Positions 18,129 through 28,983 of a stretch of 64,000 nt of DNA are shown here, piece after piece. How positions within the stretch are numbered: position 1 is the stretch's first letter; each line of letters starts with the position of its first letter. Under the pieces are notes generated by a model. It was not told where the DNA came from, made no database searches, and was given only the letters and a program-made list of their open reading frames with translations. Made by a program: the position numbers and the translations under genes. Source of the stretch: Andalucia godoyi And28 (Eukaryota; Protista; Jakobida); contig VRVR01000030.1 of the NCBI GenBank assembly GCA_009859145.1, positions 53,097 through 117,096 on the forward strand, read 5' to 3'.

Positions 18129-20057
18129 ATGACCACGAAAGGACTGAACAATCATGATATGTTCACGGAAGACTCTGCGGGAGATGCACGAGTCGTCTTG
18201 TTCCACAAACTCGTTCGAGATCCTTCGCTGACGTCGTCGTCGTCGTCTCGCAAGCGCAACCACTCTCCTCTGTCCATTGAGTCGCGCTATCCTGTGCTTC
18301 CTGCTGAGTTGCTGGCATTGATCACTAAATCGTGCGAAGAGAAGAAGACGGATGCTGAGTTTCTGCTCGACATGGTTACGATTGTTTTCCAGACGCGAGA
18401 TATTCGAGGAGGAAAAGGAGAGTCTGCCTTGTTCTACAGGCTGTTCTATGAAATGTCGCGCATTTTGCCGGACGCAATGTTTGCAGCAGCGCGGTTCATT
18501 CCCGAGTATGGATCATGGAAGGATGTGAATCATCTCATCGAGCTTTTTGCTGGATCCCGACACGTATCCGGTTTGCGTGAGGTTCGTGAGATGGGGGAAG
18601 AAAAGAATGAGAACGAAGGTCAGGAGGAAGAGGAGGGAGAGGATGACGCGAATGAATCTGCGACGGACAGTGCCAAGTTCAAGAGGCGCCGACAGTACTT
18701 TCGCAAGCAGCGCTACAATCCGCCTTCAGATGATGCCGATTATGCATCAAAAGTCCAGAGATGGATTGACTTGTTTTTGGACATGTATGTGCGTCAGCTG
18801 CAGCAGGACGAAGCACTGTTGGCAGCTGCGATTGCTGGCTCCGGATCACAAGAGGCAAAGCAGTCTGCCACCGGCCGTCCTTCTTACGCAGCAAAATGGG
18901 CGCCGAGAGAGGGAACGAGTCTTTCGTGGATTGCATCGCTCCTTGCCAAGCGGTTGTTCCCAACCTCCAGCTCTCCAAAGGTGGAATACCGAAAGCTGAT
19001 TGCGCAGATCAACAAGTATTTGGGAACCGTGGAGGTCAAGATGTGTGCAAACAAGTTTGCGGATATTGAACCATCCAAAGTACCTGGGCAGGCGTCTCGT
19101 CGATATGAGCATGCCCTCCTGAACGAAAAACTGGAAAACCGTGTGTACTGTCCTCGGTCGACTGCGGAAGACCGCATCAAGTGTGCACAGCGGTTTGAGA
19201 ATGCGATCTTGGGAGCATCCTCGCTCCATGTGGACACTGTTTTCCTGCATGAGATCACAAAGCCCTACCGCGAGGGGCGCAATCGGTCTGATATTATGCT
19301 GAAGAAGGATCAGAAAATTTGGGACACCAAGTTGGCGAAAGTGCGGGAGCAAGGCACGCTTGGACGCACCATTGCATTCGCCGATGTCTCGGGATCTATG
19401 TATTCGACCGTTGCGATTGACGTGTCCATCGCGCTTGGGATATTTATTTCTCAGTGTTCAGAAGGCGTGTTCCGTGATCAAGTGCTGATTTTCTCAACGG
19501 AACCGTCGCTGTTTTCTCTAGGCGACGTTTCCACGATTGGAGACAAGGTTCATGCGTTGGCGCGCGCTCCCTGGAATGGTTCTTCCACCGACTTCTACAG
19601 AGCTCTACAATTGTTGCTTCAGAGAGGCTTGGAAGCAAAGCTACGCTCGGATGAGATGCCGAATCGGATCATCGTCGTTTCTGACATGCAGTTCAACGAG
19701 GCATGTGGCGCACAAACGTTTAAATCGGTGTATGAAAACATTGCTGCCGAGTTTGCAAAGCATGACTACCAGGTCCCTGAGATCGTGTTTTGGAATGCTG
19801 CGGCGGGCTCGGCATCCCCAGGCGTCGTTGCGGAGACTGATCAGACGGGTGTCGTGTTGCTTTCCGGATTCTCGGAATCTCTCCTCAAGAAAGTCATGGA
19901 AGGAGATATGACGCAGGAAGAACGCGCGACTCTCCGTGATCCGACGGCGAAAGTGGAAAGAAATCCGTACGAGGTTTTCCGATCAATTGTCGATGACGAG
20001 AGATATGCTCCCCTTCGCGACACTGTCTCTGCGTACGTTACTCGCCAGCAGCGCTGA
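18129..20057 (+). CDS. DUF2828-family protein (TROVE/Ro60-like helical domain + vWA domain)
   Basis: TRDIRGGKGE, EYGSWKD, AAKWAPRE, ADVSGSM (MIDAS DxSxS), IIVVSDMQFN, PEIVFWN, GVVLLSGFS; first in-frame ATG at 18129. Confidence 0.85.
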   Translation: MTTKGLNNHDMFTEDSAGDARVVLFHKLVRDPSLTSSSSSRKRNHSPLSIESRYPVLPAELLALITKSCEEKKTDAEFLLDMVTIVFQTRDIRGGKGESALFYRLFYEMSRILPDAMFAAARFIPEYGSWKDVNHLIELFAGSRHVSGLREVREMGEEKNENEGQEEEEGEDDANESATDSAKFKRRRQYFRKQRYNPPSDDADYASKVQRWIDLFLDMYVRQLQQDEALLAAAIAGSGSQEAKQSATGRPSYAAKWAPREGTSLSWIASLLAKRLFPTSSSPKVEYRKLIAQINKYLGTVEVKMCANKFADIEPSKVPGQASRRYEHALLNEKLENRVYCPRSTAEDRIKCAQRFENAILGASSLHVDTVFLHEITKPYREGRNRSDIMLKKDQKIWDTKLAKVREQGTLGRTIAFADVSGSMYSTVAIDVSIALGIFISQCSEGVFRDQVLIFSTEPSLFSLGDVSTIGDKVHALARAPWNGSSTDFYRALQLLLQRGLEAKLRSDEMPNRIIVVSDMQFNEACGAQTFKSVYENIAAEFAKHDYQVPEIVFWNAAAGSASPGVVAETDQTGVVLLSGFSESLLKKVMEGDMTQEERATLRDPTAKVERNPYEVFRSIVDDERYAPLRDTVSAYVTRQQR

Positions 20058-20267
20058 GACAGACAAAACGGGTCGGCGGGAATTGGATGATGTATTTGCT
20101 GTATGTTCTGTTGATTAGTTTGTTTCATTATCATTTCTTCGTATAATAACTCCTGTCTTACTTGCAAGTACTTCATTGTAAATATGTTGTTGCTGCTCGG
20201 TCACAACACCCAACGTTGTGCATTCTGCAAAGCGATGTTGGGCAGACTGCCGACGACTTCTGATTCA

Positions 20268-20410
20268 CGCCTACATTGTACACTAACCACGGATAATCAT
20301 CGCTGATCACCCATAATCAATGTTGCAACCCAACAACATGCATAGCATGATTGGGAAGGGGGTAGGCCCCAACACGCCCCTCGGCATGAGCGACGTTCCC
20401 AAGATAGATG
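20268..20410 (-). ncRNA. Candidate Fanzor omegaRNA scaffold (copy 1)
   Basis: Same hairpins as 60009-60159; 11-bp G-U-containing stem at 20289-20314 closed by a GCGA (GNRA) loop on the minus strand. Confidence 0.55.
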
Positions 20411-20635
20411 TTGCGTTGCATGGACAATAAAAGTAAAGAAATGAAATGAGCGTCGCTGTGCGAGAATGCAACGCGGCGGCGTGTTTATAGGGATTTCATG
20501 ATCAAAATGGGGCGAAACGAATCGGGCATCGTATGACGGAGTTGCCAAGATAACAGACGCATGCGCATAGGCGCGTGGCAGTGGTTTTGTGTGTGTGCGC
20601 TTTGGATTGCTTCATCATATCGCAATAAGTGGCAG
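20268..20635 (-). mobile_element. Short non-autonomous IS607/Fanzor2-derived element (left end + right end/omegaRNA scaffold only)
   Basis: Its reverse complement aligns closely with 59476-59710 (left part) and 60009-60159 (right part) of the longer copy; the coding interval between is absent. Confidence 0.8.
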
Positions 20636-20881
20636 CGGCTGGCGCCCTGCTGCAAACATCAATCCACGTTTCCACACGACAAGAACGTTGCGAGCAGAAC
20701 GTCGAGCGTGTGAGCAGAACCCAACAGAAACGAAACCGTCTCTTTGAAAATCCGTTCTTTTTTTGATTTTTTTTTGTGACCGATTCGATCGTCTTTCTGT
20801 CCCGTTTTCCTCAATAGCTTTGGACTGCACGCTCATCAGCATTGAAACAAACATCCCAACGGATCCGAAAAGAGGCTTGTC

Positions 20882-21046
20882 ATGTCGGATTCTCGCAGTC
20901 AGTGGGGGCAGCCATACGCGGTGGATCCCAGCCCGCAGCAGTTTGGATTACCGCCTCTGGGAGTCTCAGATTACTCGGACAATCGCAATAACCGTGGACA
21001 TAGAATTCGAAACACCAACAACTCCAGCGTCAATAATAATAACAAT

Positions 21047-21080
<34 letters not shown>

Positions 21081-24000
21081 TCAATAGCAACGTGAACAAT
21101 AATCATGGTAGTGGTGATTTCAATCAGTTTGAACCAGTAGTGTTACCACGATTACCCACTCCAGTTCAGAGATCGACAACCTTGGGCCATGTCGATCGGC
21201 TGACGGTTTCTCCCGTTCAAGATCAACTTGTTGTGGTGCGTTCGCTGGTGCCCGGGCCACCCTTTCGAGGTTCCGCCTCTCCTGCAGTGACGGATTATTC
21301 TGCAGTGCAGGAATTCCAAGAATTGAAGGATCATATCAGAGAGCTGCAACTGGCCGCGCGGTCCTTGCAGATTGATGTCCACGCTACAGGGATGCGGGAG
21401 CAGGAGCGGACTCGTATTGTGGAGAAGCGAATACTCGAAGTCATGAGCGACTCCATGAATTCAGTTTTGAAGAGACTGGAAACAATGGAGGACGAGCAGC
21501 TCAAGATGAAGAACAAGATGGCGGAGCTCGAGTCCTCGTCCAATGTTGTTATGACGCAGGTTCGGAGCCAGGCATCCCATACTGCGTCGATGTCCAGTCA
21601 TGTGTCCAGCATGTTGGCCGTAGCTGCAGCCAACTCGGCAGAAGCAAGCGCGCATCGCATGCCGGCGGCACCACCCGTCGTGCAGACGTCAGTTTCCGTA
21701 CCTTGTGAAGTGTGCATGCAAGCATTTAGCACAGCGCAAGATCTTTCGTCGCGCGTTGCGTTCTTGGAGAGTTCTTTGTTGAGCGACAAGAAAGCCGCGG
21801 CTCTACAAAGAAGATACGATGAAATGATGGATATCGTGTCTGGACTGCACTTGAAACTAGCAGATGTTCCGCGCCAGCTGGAGATTCTGCAAGAACGGTT
21901 TCAGGTGTTTGCAGCCAAGTCAAAGGCAACTCGGAAGCTGTCGGCCGATTCGAATAGTACAGGCCACAACGACGCTACGCTGCGTGGAGTTGTAGATGCG
22001 ATGCAATCGCTAGAAGGTATTGTCAAGGCCGAAATTCGCTCGCGACTTACAAGCCAGGAAGAAGCAGAAGATAGCCTGATGAAAATTTCTGTGCAGATCG
22101 GTGCGCTTCAGCGCTTGTTTCGTTCTCTTGAAAAGAATTACATCTCGGGGAAGCAAGGGAATCAAGGAAGCGACGGGGCCGCTGGAGGCGAGCATCGTTC
22201 TGATTCCCGCCTTTCAAATGCTGGAGATGGACAGCGGTCCATGTCTCCTGCCCCAAGCCTTGATCTTTCTGGATATGCCACCGTCGCCGAAACGAAGCGA
22301 TTATCGAAGAGTGTGGAATCTCTAGAGCGCAAGATGGAGACGCTGCAGGCGTTTCAAACAGCAAGCAAGAAGGAACAATTGGCGACGGCGAATCCCGCAA
22401 GCGTATCCAGTCCACCAAAAGCGACGGAGCCCTTGGAGTCTTCGACCGGTAAACAGACATGCGCAGCAGCTTTGCCGTCAACTGTGCAACGAACGGAAAC
22501 GATTCCAGATGCAGTGACCGATGTCCTGAACAGTTTTGCTGATCGACTGCGAACATTGGAGCTTGCATCTGAAGATGTCGAAATTCATACCATGGTGCAC
22601 AGGGTTTTCAATCGAATACTGTGCAATTCGTCTGCAAATGCTTCACCCGCTCCAGTTCCTTCTCGTACGTCTATCCCTTTCCCTTTCCCTTTCCCTATCC
22701 GCACCCCTGCCCCTTCCCGCACCCCTGCCCCTTCCCGCACCCCTGCCCCTTCCCGCACTCCTGCCCCTGCCGCTGCCGCTGCTCCTGCGTTGACTGTTTC
22801 CGACTCAGAGCTCGCAATGGCGTCTGAACCAACACGGGCCTCGGGAGAATCGTCTGCTGCTCCTCCTCCAATGAACAACAAGAATCAACAAGATCCAGGC
22901 GCATTGCATTTGCAGGATACAGCGGCGTCTTCCGGATCATTAAATCACGCTTCTATAGAAGATTTACAACGAGAGGATGCCAATCTTCGTGCGGAAATCG
23001 AACTTCTAGCGCGATCAGTTGATTCAAAGACAGAGGCAGTGATGGAAACGATCTTCTTGGCATTGTCAGAGACGCTAGATACGCATTCCAGGAAAATGGC
23101 TTTGCGTGATGACAAGATGCGCGAGCAGCTCGGATCCCGTCTGGAGGAACTGCGTCTCAATGGCGAAAGCCGCATCTACTCACTTGTGGAGACACTTGAC
23201 ACTGCAATTCGGCAAAATGACGATAACGATCGATTGGTGCGAGACGCTGTTCACGAGCTTCAGGAAGCCGTCGAACTCATTGAGGATGATCTTGACCGAA
23301 TGATGCCTGCAATCAACCAAGCGATTCGTTACTCATTGTTCGACATGGAGTCAAGACTAGAGGAATCGATGGACAGGCTGGAGGTTTTGCAAGCCAAAAC
23401 GGGCTTCAACGACGAAGACGAAGAAGAAGTGCAAAGACGGAAGGAAGTTCGTGAGGAGCAGGATTGGAGACGGGTGTCGTCCGAGAGTGCAATTACGAGT
23501 GCCAATGCGTCGAACACGGGAGCACCAGAAGCAGCTGCTGCACCTCCGCCGGAACGACGGAGGTTCATCGATGTGTCGCAAAGACCTGCAGTGGTGCCGC
23601 CTCTTCCCCGACAAGATAGCAACGAAAACGAAAAAAAGAACAAGAATGCATCCGGCGGCGCATCCGCTGCATCCAAGGATGAGCAATCGAGTCTGGTCAA
23701 ATCGGAGTTTAATGTTGCCGCGTCTTCGTCCCGGACATCGGAGGAAGGATTTTGGACAGAGGTATCGAGTGCAAGGAAAGAATCAAAGCCTTCTGAAAAT
23801 GCCCGTGCTGCCGAGGATCCGTCTAATCACGGACGCCAGCCAGTTGTTTCTTCAACTTCAATCCTTGCAGCAAACGGAGACTCCTCTGCCACAGGCGCTG
23901 CCCAGCGTCCAACGGCCTTATCAAATGAGACGTCTGTGGGAGCTGCACCACCGCCATCGCATGCAGATGATGAGCGAGCATCGTTTAGGAGTGCTTCGGG

Positions 24001-24457
24001 GCGGGATCGACCGGCCTCGCGAAACTCAATGCTCACGGAAGAGAATCTTGCAGAGCACAATACCAATCGAGACGAACGGTCTGCTCGGAGGAACGGACGG
24101 AATTCCGTTGATGATCCTTACGACGATGTTGACGAAGAGGAGGAGGACCGAGAGACCATTCGAGCTAAAGAGAAGCATGCTACGCTGCAGGCCAGCAAAC
24201 GGCATCTGTCTGTTGACAGTGCGAACGGTCTAGAGCCGCCCGTCAGTGGTCGGTCGTCGCGCTCTGCCCGATCGTCGATTACGTCCGTCCAACGTGAACG
24301 GCGCAAGTCTCTCATGAAGAACCTGGAGGACATTGAGACCACAAGTTTTTGGAGAGAAGTGGATCAGAAGAAGCGGTCTATCATGGAAGAAACCCAAAAG
24401 GATAGAATCATGTCCAGAAAGTCTTTGCAAATCGTCGAAGTCGTCGAAGTCGTCTGA
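20882..24457 (+). CDS. Large coiled-coil/low-complexity protein of unknown function
   Basis: 1191-aa ATG-initiated ORF; poly-Asn near N-terminus, heptad-like segments, Pro/Ala repeat, Ser/Arg-rich tail. Confidence 0.75.
22699..22770 (+). repeat. 18-bp coding tandem repeat (CCGCACCCCTGCCCCTTC x3 + 1 degenerate; RTPAPS)
   Basis: Read directly from the sequence. Confidence 0.9.
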
Positions 24458-24855
24458 TCTTTTCCCTGTTCTTATAAAGCTTTCCTGTCCGCGCAGTACT
24501 CTGCAAGGCTGTCAATCAAGGCTCGCCTGTTTTTTTTAAATAAAAGAAACAATATCGGCCGGGGAGGGGGCAGCCGCTCCTCGCGCCCAACCTCCGCAGC
24601 GGTCACAATGCGCACTCTCTTCATAAGGTCCCTACGCGCGAATCTTCACCGCGGTCCATGCACCGGGCGGATGAGATGGACAGCCTCCGCGTAAATGTAT
24701 TATGACCCTTACGGAGATTTTCCCATCGATCTCGCATCAACACAACTGGCGAAACGGTGTTTGAGTCGCCTATTGCAATCAAAGAAACAAGACAAATCTT
24801 CGAGTGCTGTTCTTTCGTTTGCTATAATAAGAAACCAAGAAATTTTCGTTTTGGA

Positions 24856-25746
24856 ATGACATTGCATTATCTGGCATGCCAGACGTCGGGTGGTCGCGTG
24901 CTTCGAGCAGCGATTGACACCATTGGCGCTTCCTTGACATCCTTGACGTTTGACAGCAGAGAATTGTTTGCCCGACCATGCTTCATTATGGCGCCGTATG
25001 CAAACCGCATCCGAAACGGAAAATACCAGTTTTTAGATCAGGAATTCCAGCTCGCCAGACCGGAAGCTCATGCGATCCACGGGTGTGTACGAGACCAATG
25101 CTGGAGCATCATTTCACAATCGGATACGGCGATCGTGTTGGAAGTTTCCGTGTCCAATCCGAGCGTGTTTCCTGTTCCTTTTACTTGTCGTGCGTCGTAT
25201 TCTGTCGCAGGATGCGTCGTAATGTCGACGCTAAGCATTCAAAACGACGATGAATTCAGAAGGATGCCGGTTGGAGGAGGTTTTCACCCGTTCTTTAAAC
25301 TCCCCGATGTCGATGCGGACTCGGACGTGGAAGCGATGCTCGAGTGCGACGTCAAGGAAGCTTGGCCGCTGGATGAAGGGTGCTTGCCAACAGGAGAGCC
25401 GGTCGCGATTCCAGGAGGATCCGTACTTGACTTTTCAAAACTGAAAGAGATCCGAAAGGGGGATTTTTTCGATGCTTGTTGCGTGAACTGGCCATCAGGG
25501 TACGCGGTTCTACGGCACTCGGGACTGCACATCCTCGTCAAACGGAACACGACCGCAGAGTTCGTCAACCATTGCGTCTTGTACCATCCTCCTGGAAAGG
25601 GGTTCGTGTGCATCGAGCCGGTTGTGAACGCAAACGACGGCTTCAATTTGGCTGCCAAGGGCGTGCGGTCGCACGGTGTTTGGACTCTGGAACCGAAAGA
25701 TTCATTTGATTTTTCATATTCAATCCACATTGAGAAGGACCAGTAG
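24856..25746 (+). CDS. Aldose 1-epimerase / galactose mutarotase-like protein
   Basis: MAPYANRIRNGKY, HAIHG, GGFHPFF, FVCIEP motifs; first ATG at 24856 (track start 24757 is GTG). Confidence 0.88.
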   Translation: MTLHYLACQTSGGRVLRAAIDTIGASLTSLTFDSRELFARPCFIMAPYANRIRNGKYQFLDQEFQLARPEAHAIHGCVRDQCWSIISQSDTAIVLEVSVSNPSVFPVPFTCRASYSVAGCVVMSTLSIQNDDEFRRMPVGGGFHPFFKLPDVDADSDVEAMLECDVKEAWPLDEGCLPTGEPVAIPGGSVLDFSKLKEIRKGDFFDACCVNWPSGYAVLRHSGLHILVKRNTTAEFVNHCVLYHPPGKGFVCIEPVVNANDGFNLAAKGVRSHGVWTLEPKDSFDFSYSIHIEKDQ

Positions 25747-25954
25747 TCAATGGAGGAAATTTACAGGGCGACGGCGGGTTTGCACCCTCCCCCGCCGTGA
25801 GATCGTCTGAGGAATAATTAAAAATAAAAAACTATACCAGAAAAGGAGGGAGGGTTGAGTTTGAGTGTCGGGACAACATGCAATGCATCAAAGAATATCG
25901 GCAGGCCTAGAAAAAGCAGGAACAGTAAAGAAACAGAGGCGACCATCGCATCCT

Positions 25955-28357
25955 TCACATCGGACCCCCCGCAGTGTTCTTGATGCCGAGAGAAAGAGAT
26001 CCCGACAGCAATCTTTCAAGACCCCGAGCTTGGAATGGGTAGTGTCTGGAGAGATGCATGTACGCTTCAAAGACCGGAAACCATTGGACATATCCCGTAT
26101 CCCTGCGCCCCTCTCCGTTCATCTTCGTCTCTTTTGGTCGCTCTGGATGGTGCACGCAGACATACCAATCGCAGACTTTGACAGACGAGTCCTCGAACGT
26201 CGAGTTCCCTGTCTTCTTTGCAACACTCCACGAAGGCACGGGTTCCAGGGGCGGGACAGCGAATTCCCACCTCGACGAGCTTGTGACACTGCGGGACGTT
26301 CCTCCCGAGGACAATGCCGCACGCGAATTACCGCTGGTTGACGTTGAGACAATGGATCCCGAAACAGATCCTGACATGACCGAGTCGGAATCTGCGTTTT
26401 GCAACTGGTCAAGGCCGACGCTTGTGAGCCGTCCGGCTTGTTGGACAGATTGCACACTCATCATGGACTCGCCGCTTGCACGATCAACCATGTACGCAAA
26501 ATTCTGATCATTCAAAAACACCAGTCGTCTGCGGAGTTCGAAATCAATTCCAGTCTTCTCGAAATGCGTTCGCATGCATGCTTCCAGCATGGATTCCATC
26601 CGGGATTCTTCAACGTTGTATTCCAACGATCCAACTGGCAAATGCCAAAAGTCGTTCTTCACCTCGCGCCGAGTTTGGCGCCGAGAGTCCATCTCTGCTT
26701 GCACAAGAAGCGAAAAAACAACGTGCTTTTTCCCAATCTTTTGCAGCTCGACGTCTGCCATGAGGTGAAACAAAGTCAAAAGTTCCGTCCTTTCGCTTTC
26801 AGTAAGAGTTTTTGCCGGTCCTGCTGACGCAGTTCTGCTCAGATGCTCTTTGAAATTACACTGAAACACACGGTATGCAGGTGTTTCCTTTTTTTGCACC
26901 AACAACACATGTAAAGTGCCGTCATCAGCAAATGAGCATGGAACCGTGCAGAGATCCATCAGCACCCGAAATCCACAGTGGGACGAAACAAAACGATCAA
27001 ACTGGATCTGTCGGGCATTGACAACAACCTGCAGGTGATATCTCTTGGACGTCGTCGACTCGTGCATGATGGTGCGGCAATCAAACAATTCCAAAACCTC
27101 TCCTTCATAGTACAACTGGGGAAAGCCGCGCAAACAACCTGTGCTTGCAGCACTGCCAAGAGTAGAAGCCGACGATCGAGCCGCAGCAGCAGATGAAGAA
27201 GAAGAAGAAGAGACGCCCGAGCTGGTGGAGGCGATTGAAGACGATGCATTCAGCATTCGCTCCTCCGGCTCTGCACCTCCAGGCAGCGCGCCTCCAAGAG
27301 CCCACTCCGGCTCCACAAGAAGAGTGATTGTCCCAGTCGAATCGGCAACAATGTATCGCATCCGCTCCATGCCTGATGCTTTGTCCCGCACAGAAGACAG
27401 AACCTCTACCACACAAACACGCATTCGAAAATGCGTCATGTCTGGTAGCAAGCTTGCAATCGTTGCAAGTCCCCGAGACGTCGCGGACGCGGAGCTTATT
27501 GGTCCGGCGGACAATGCATTTGCAGCTCCACTTGTGTAAGACACATAGTTGTTATTGTTGTTGGTGCTGTTATTGTTGTTGCCGAGGTTGCCGAGGTTGC
27601 CGATGATGATGCTGCTGCTGCTGCTACTACTACTACTACTACCACCACTACTGTTACTACCACTACTACTACTATTATTACTACTACTACTACTATTACC
27701 GTTATTGTGATTACTACTGCTCGAAAGACTAGCAGCAGACGCAACCGATGCAGTGAGTGGAGGCTTCAAATGTTTCCTGCTCGCATTCGGAGTCGCCAAG
27801 GGGTGAAAGTGCTGCTGCTGATTACCATGCGGCAAATGATGCAAATTCATTGGCGAATGTCCCAAGCCGATGCTCATGGTGTTACCAGGAATGCTCGAGC
27901 TGCTCGCATTGAGCGAAAGGACTGACAATTTCGGTTCTTTCAACCTCTCTGCAGCGTTTTCCAGCAGCATTTGAACTGAGGAGTGTTCCCTTTCCAAAGC
28001 CCGATCAATTGCAGATACCAGCCCGGATGTCTGCAGTTCCGTGTAGACACACTTGTAGAAAATAGGTGCTGCGTCCGTCATCACGTCCACAATCGCTAGT
28101 GATCCGCCCTGTGAAAAGTGCTGCTGCAGATACTGCACAAGCTGAAACTGGAAATGATTGACGAAGAACTGCTCGAGCGCATTGGCATCGATCGACGATG
28201 CGGTTGCGGAAAGCACGGAGACTATGTGGGAGATCGGAGACCACATTAGATCCACGGATCTCCGAAGTGCAGAAACCGGAGGAATGAGGTAGGTATGTGT
28301 AGCGGTATTCGACGACGAGAAGCTGGTGGATAGCCAGCTGACAATTGCATCCGTCAT
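25955..28357 (-). CDS. Uncharacterised protein with putative OB-fold and degenerate Nudix-like domain
   Basis: 800-aa ORF; RMRVCVVEVLS...RYIVADSTGTITLLV is OB-like; LHVLLVQKK, WHLPVGSLE...ACMRTHFEKTGI and VQWFPVFEAY are Nudix-like; long Ser/Asn tracts. Confidence 0.6.
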   Translation of the reverse strand: MTDAIVSWLSTSFSSSNTATHTYLIPPVSALRRSVDLMWSPISHIVSVLSATASSIDANALEQFFVNHFQFQLVQYLQQHFSQGGSLAIVDVMTDAAPIFYKCVYTELQTSGLVSAIDRALEREHSSVQMLLENAAERLKEPKLSVLSLNASSSSIPGNTMSIGLGHSPMNLHHLPHGNQQQHFHPLATPNASRKHLKPPLTASVASAASLSSSSNHNNGNSSSSSNNSSSSGSNSSGGSSSSSSSSSSIIIGNLGNLGNNNNSTNNNNNYVSYTSGAANALSAGPISSASATSRGLATIASLLPDMTHFRMRVCVVEVLSSVRDKASGMERMRYIVADSTGTITLLVEPEWALGGALPGGAEPEERMLNASSSIASTSSGVSSSSSSSAAAARSSASTLGSAASTGCLRGFPQLYYEGEVLELFDCRTIMHESTTSKRYHLQVVVNARQIQFDRFVSSHCGFRVLMDLCTVPCSFADDGTLHVLLVQKKETPAYRVFQCNFKEHLSRTASAGPAKTLTESERTELLTLFHLMADVELQKIGKKHVVFSLLVQAEMDSRRQTRREVKNDFWHLPVGSLEYNVEESRMESMLEACMRTHFEKTGIDFELRRRLVFLNDQNFAYMVDRASGESMMSVQSVQQAGRLTSVGLDQLQNADSDSVMSGSVSGSIVSTSTSGNSRAALSSGGTSRSVTSSSRWEFAVPPLEPVPSWSVAKKTGNSTFEDSSVKVCDWYVCVHHPERPKETKMNGEGRRDTGYVQWFPVFEAYMHLSRHYPFQARGLERLLSGSLSLGIKNTAGGPM

Positions 28358-28419
28358 GTCTGTTGTACCTCTAAGCTATCTCCACTGAAGGGGGGGAAAA
28401 ACACCAACACCTCTCACAA

Positions 28420-28481
28420 CAAACAAAACAACAACAACAACAACAACAACAATAATAATAATAATAATAATAATAATAATT
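28420..28481. repeat. Intergenic (AAC)n(AAT)n microsatellite
   Basis: Read directly; comparable simple repeats at 17612-17645 (TTGTCT), 40060-40107 (TA/CA) and 62675-62704 (GT). Confidence 0.9.
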
Positions 28482-28983
28482 AAAAGTGAAAATGAAAAAT
28501 GAAAAAAAGCAACGGACGAAAATGGCAGCAAGAGCAAGAAGCAATTAAGAAACGTTTGAAAAGAGATTTCTTAATCGATCCTGTGCATCCCGGGAAACAC
28601 AATGCAAACTGCACAACACGATGTGTGTGATAAATGAGAGATAAAAGGCAGCGTGACGGATCGCAAGAGCCAACGAGGAGGATGAATCATTAGTACGGAA
28701 CGAAAAAAGAGTCGGAGCTTTTGAGATTTGAGAAACCGTCGGTGTTGCTAGGACGTTAGCTGCACAATGCACGTTAGCAAACAGAAAGGGGTCATTTCCA
28801 TTTTTCAAACGATGTTTTTGTCAGTGCGTGTGTCAGTCGAATGCCTCTCTCGTCCCGCATTCGTTTTTTTGCGGAAGCCCAGTCTGCGAGAACGGGCTGA
28901 CCTTTTGTGGGTTGGGTTTGGACTTTTTGTTTTTCATCAAAACTGGTTTTCCGACACATTTCTTGAATTGAAGGTGGTAGACG

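Noticed and set aside
25765-25810. GC hairpin (CGGCGGG...CCCGCCG) after the epimerase stop, considered as SECIS or rho-independent terminator
   Set aside because: No ATGA/GA quartet or apical AA, no in-frame TGA in the gene, and no U-tract.
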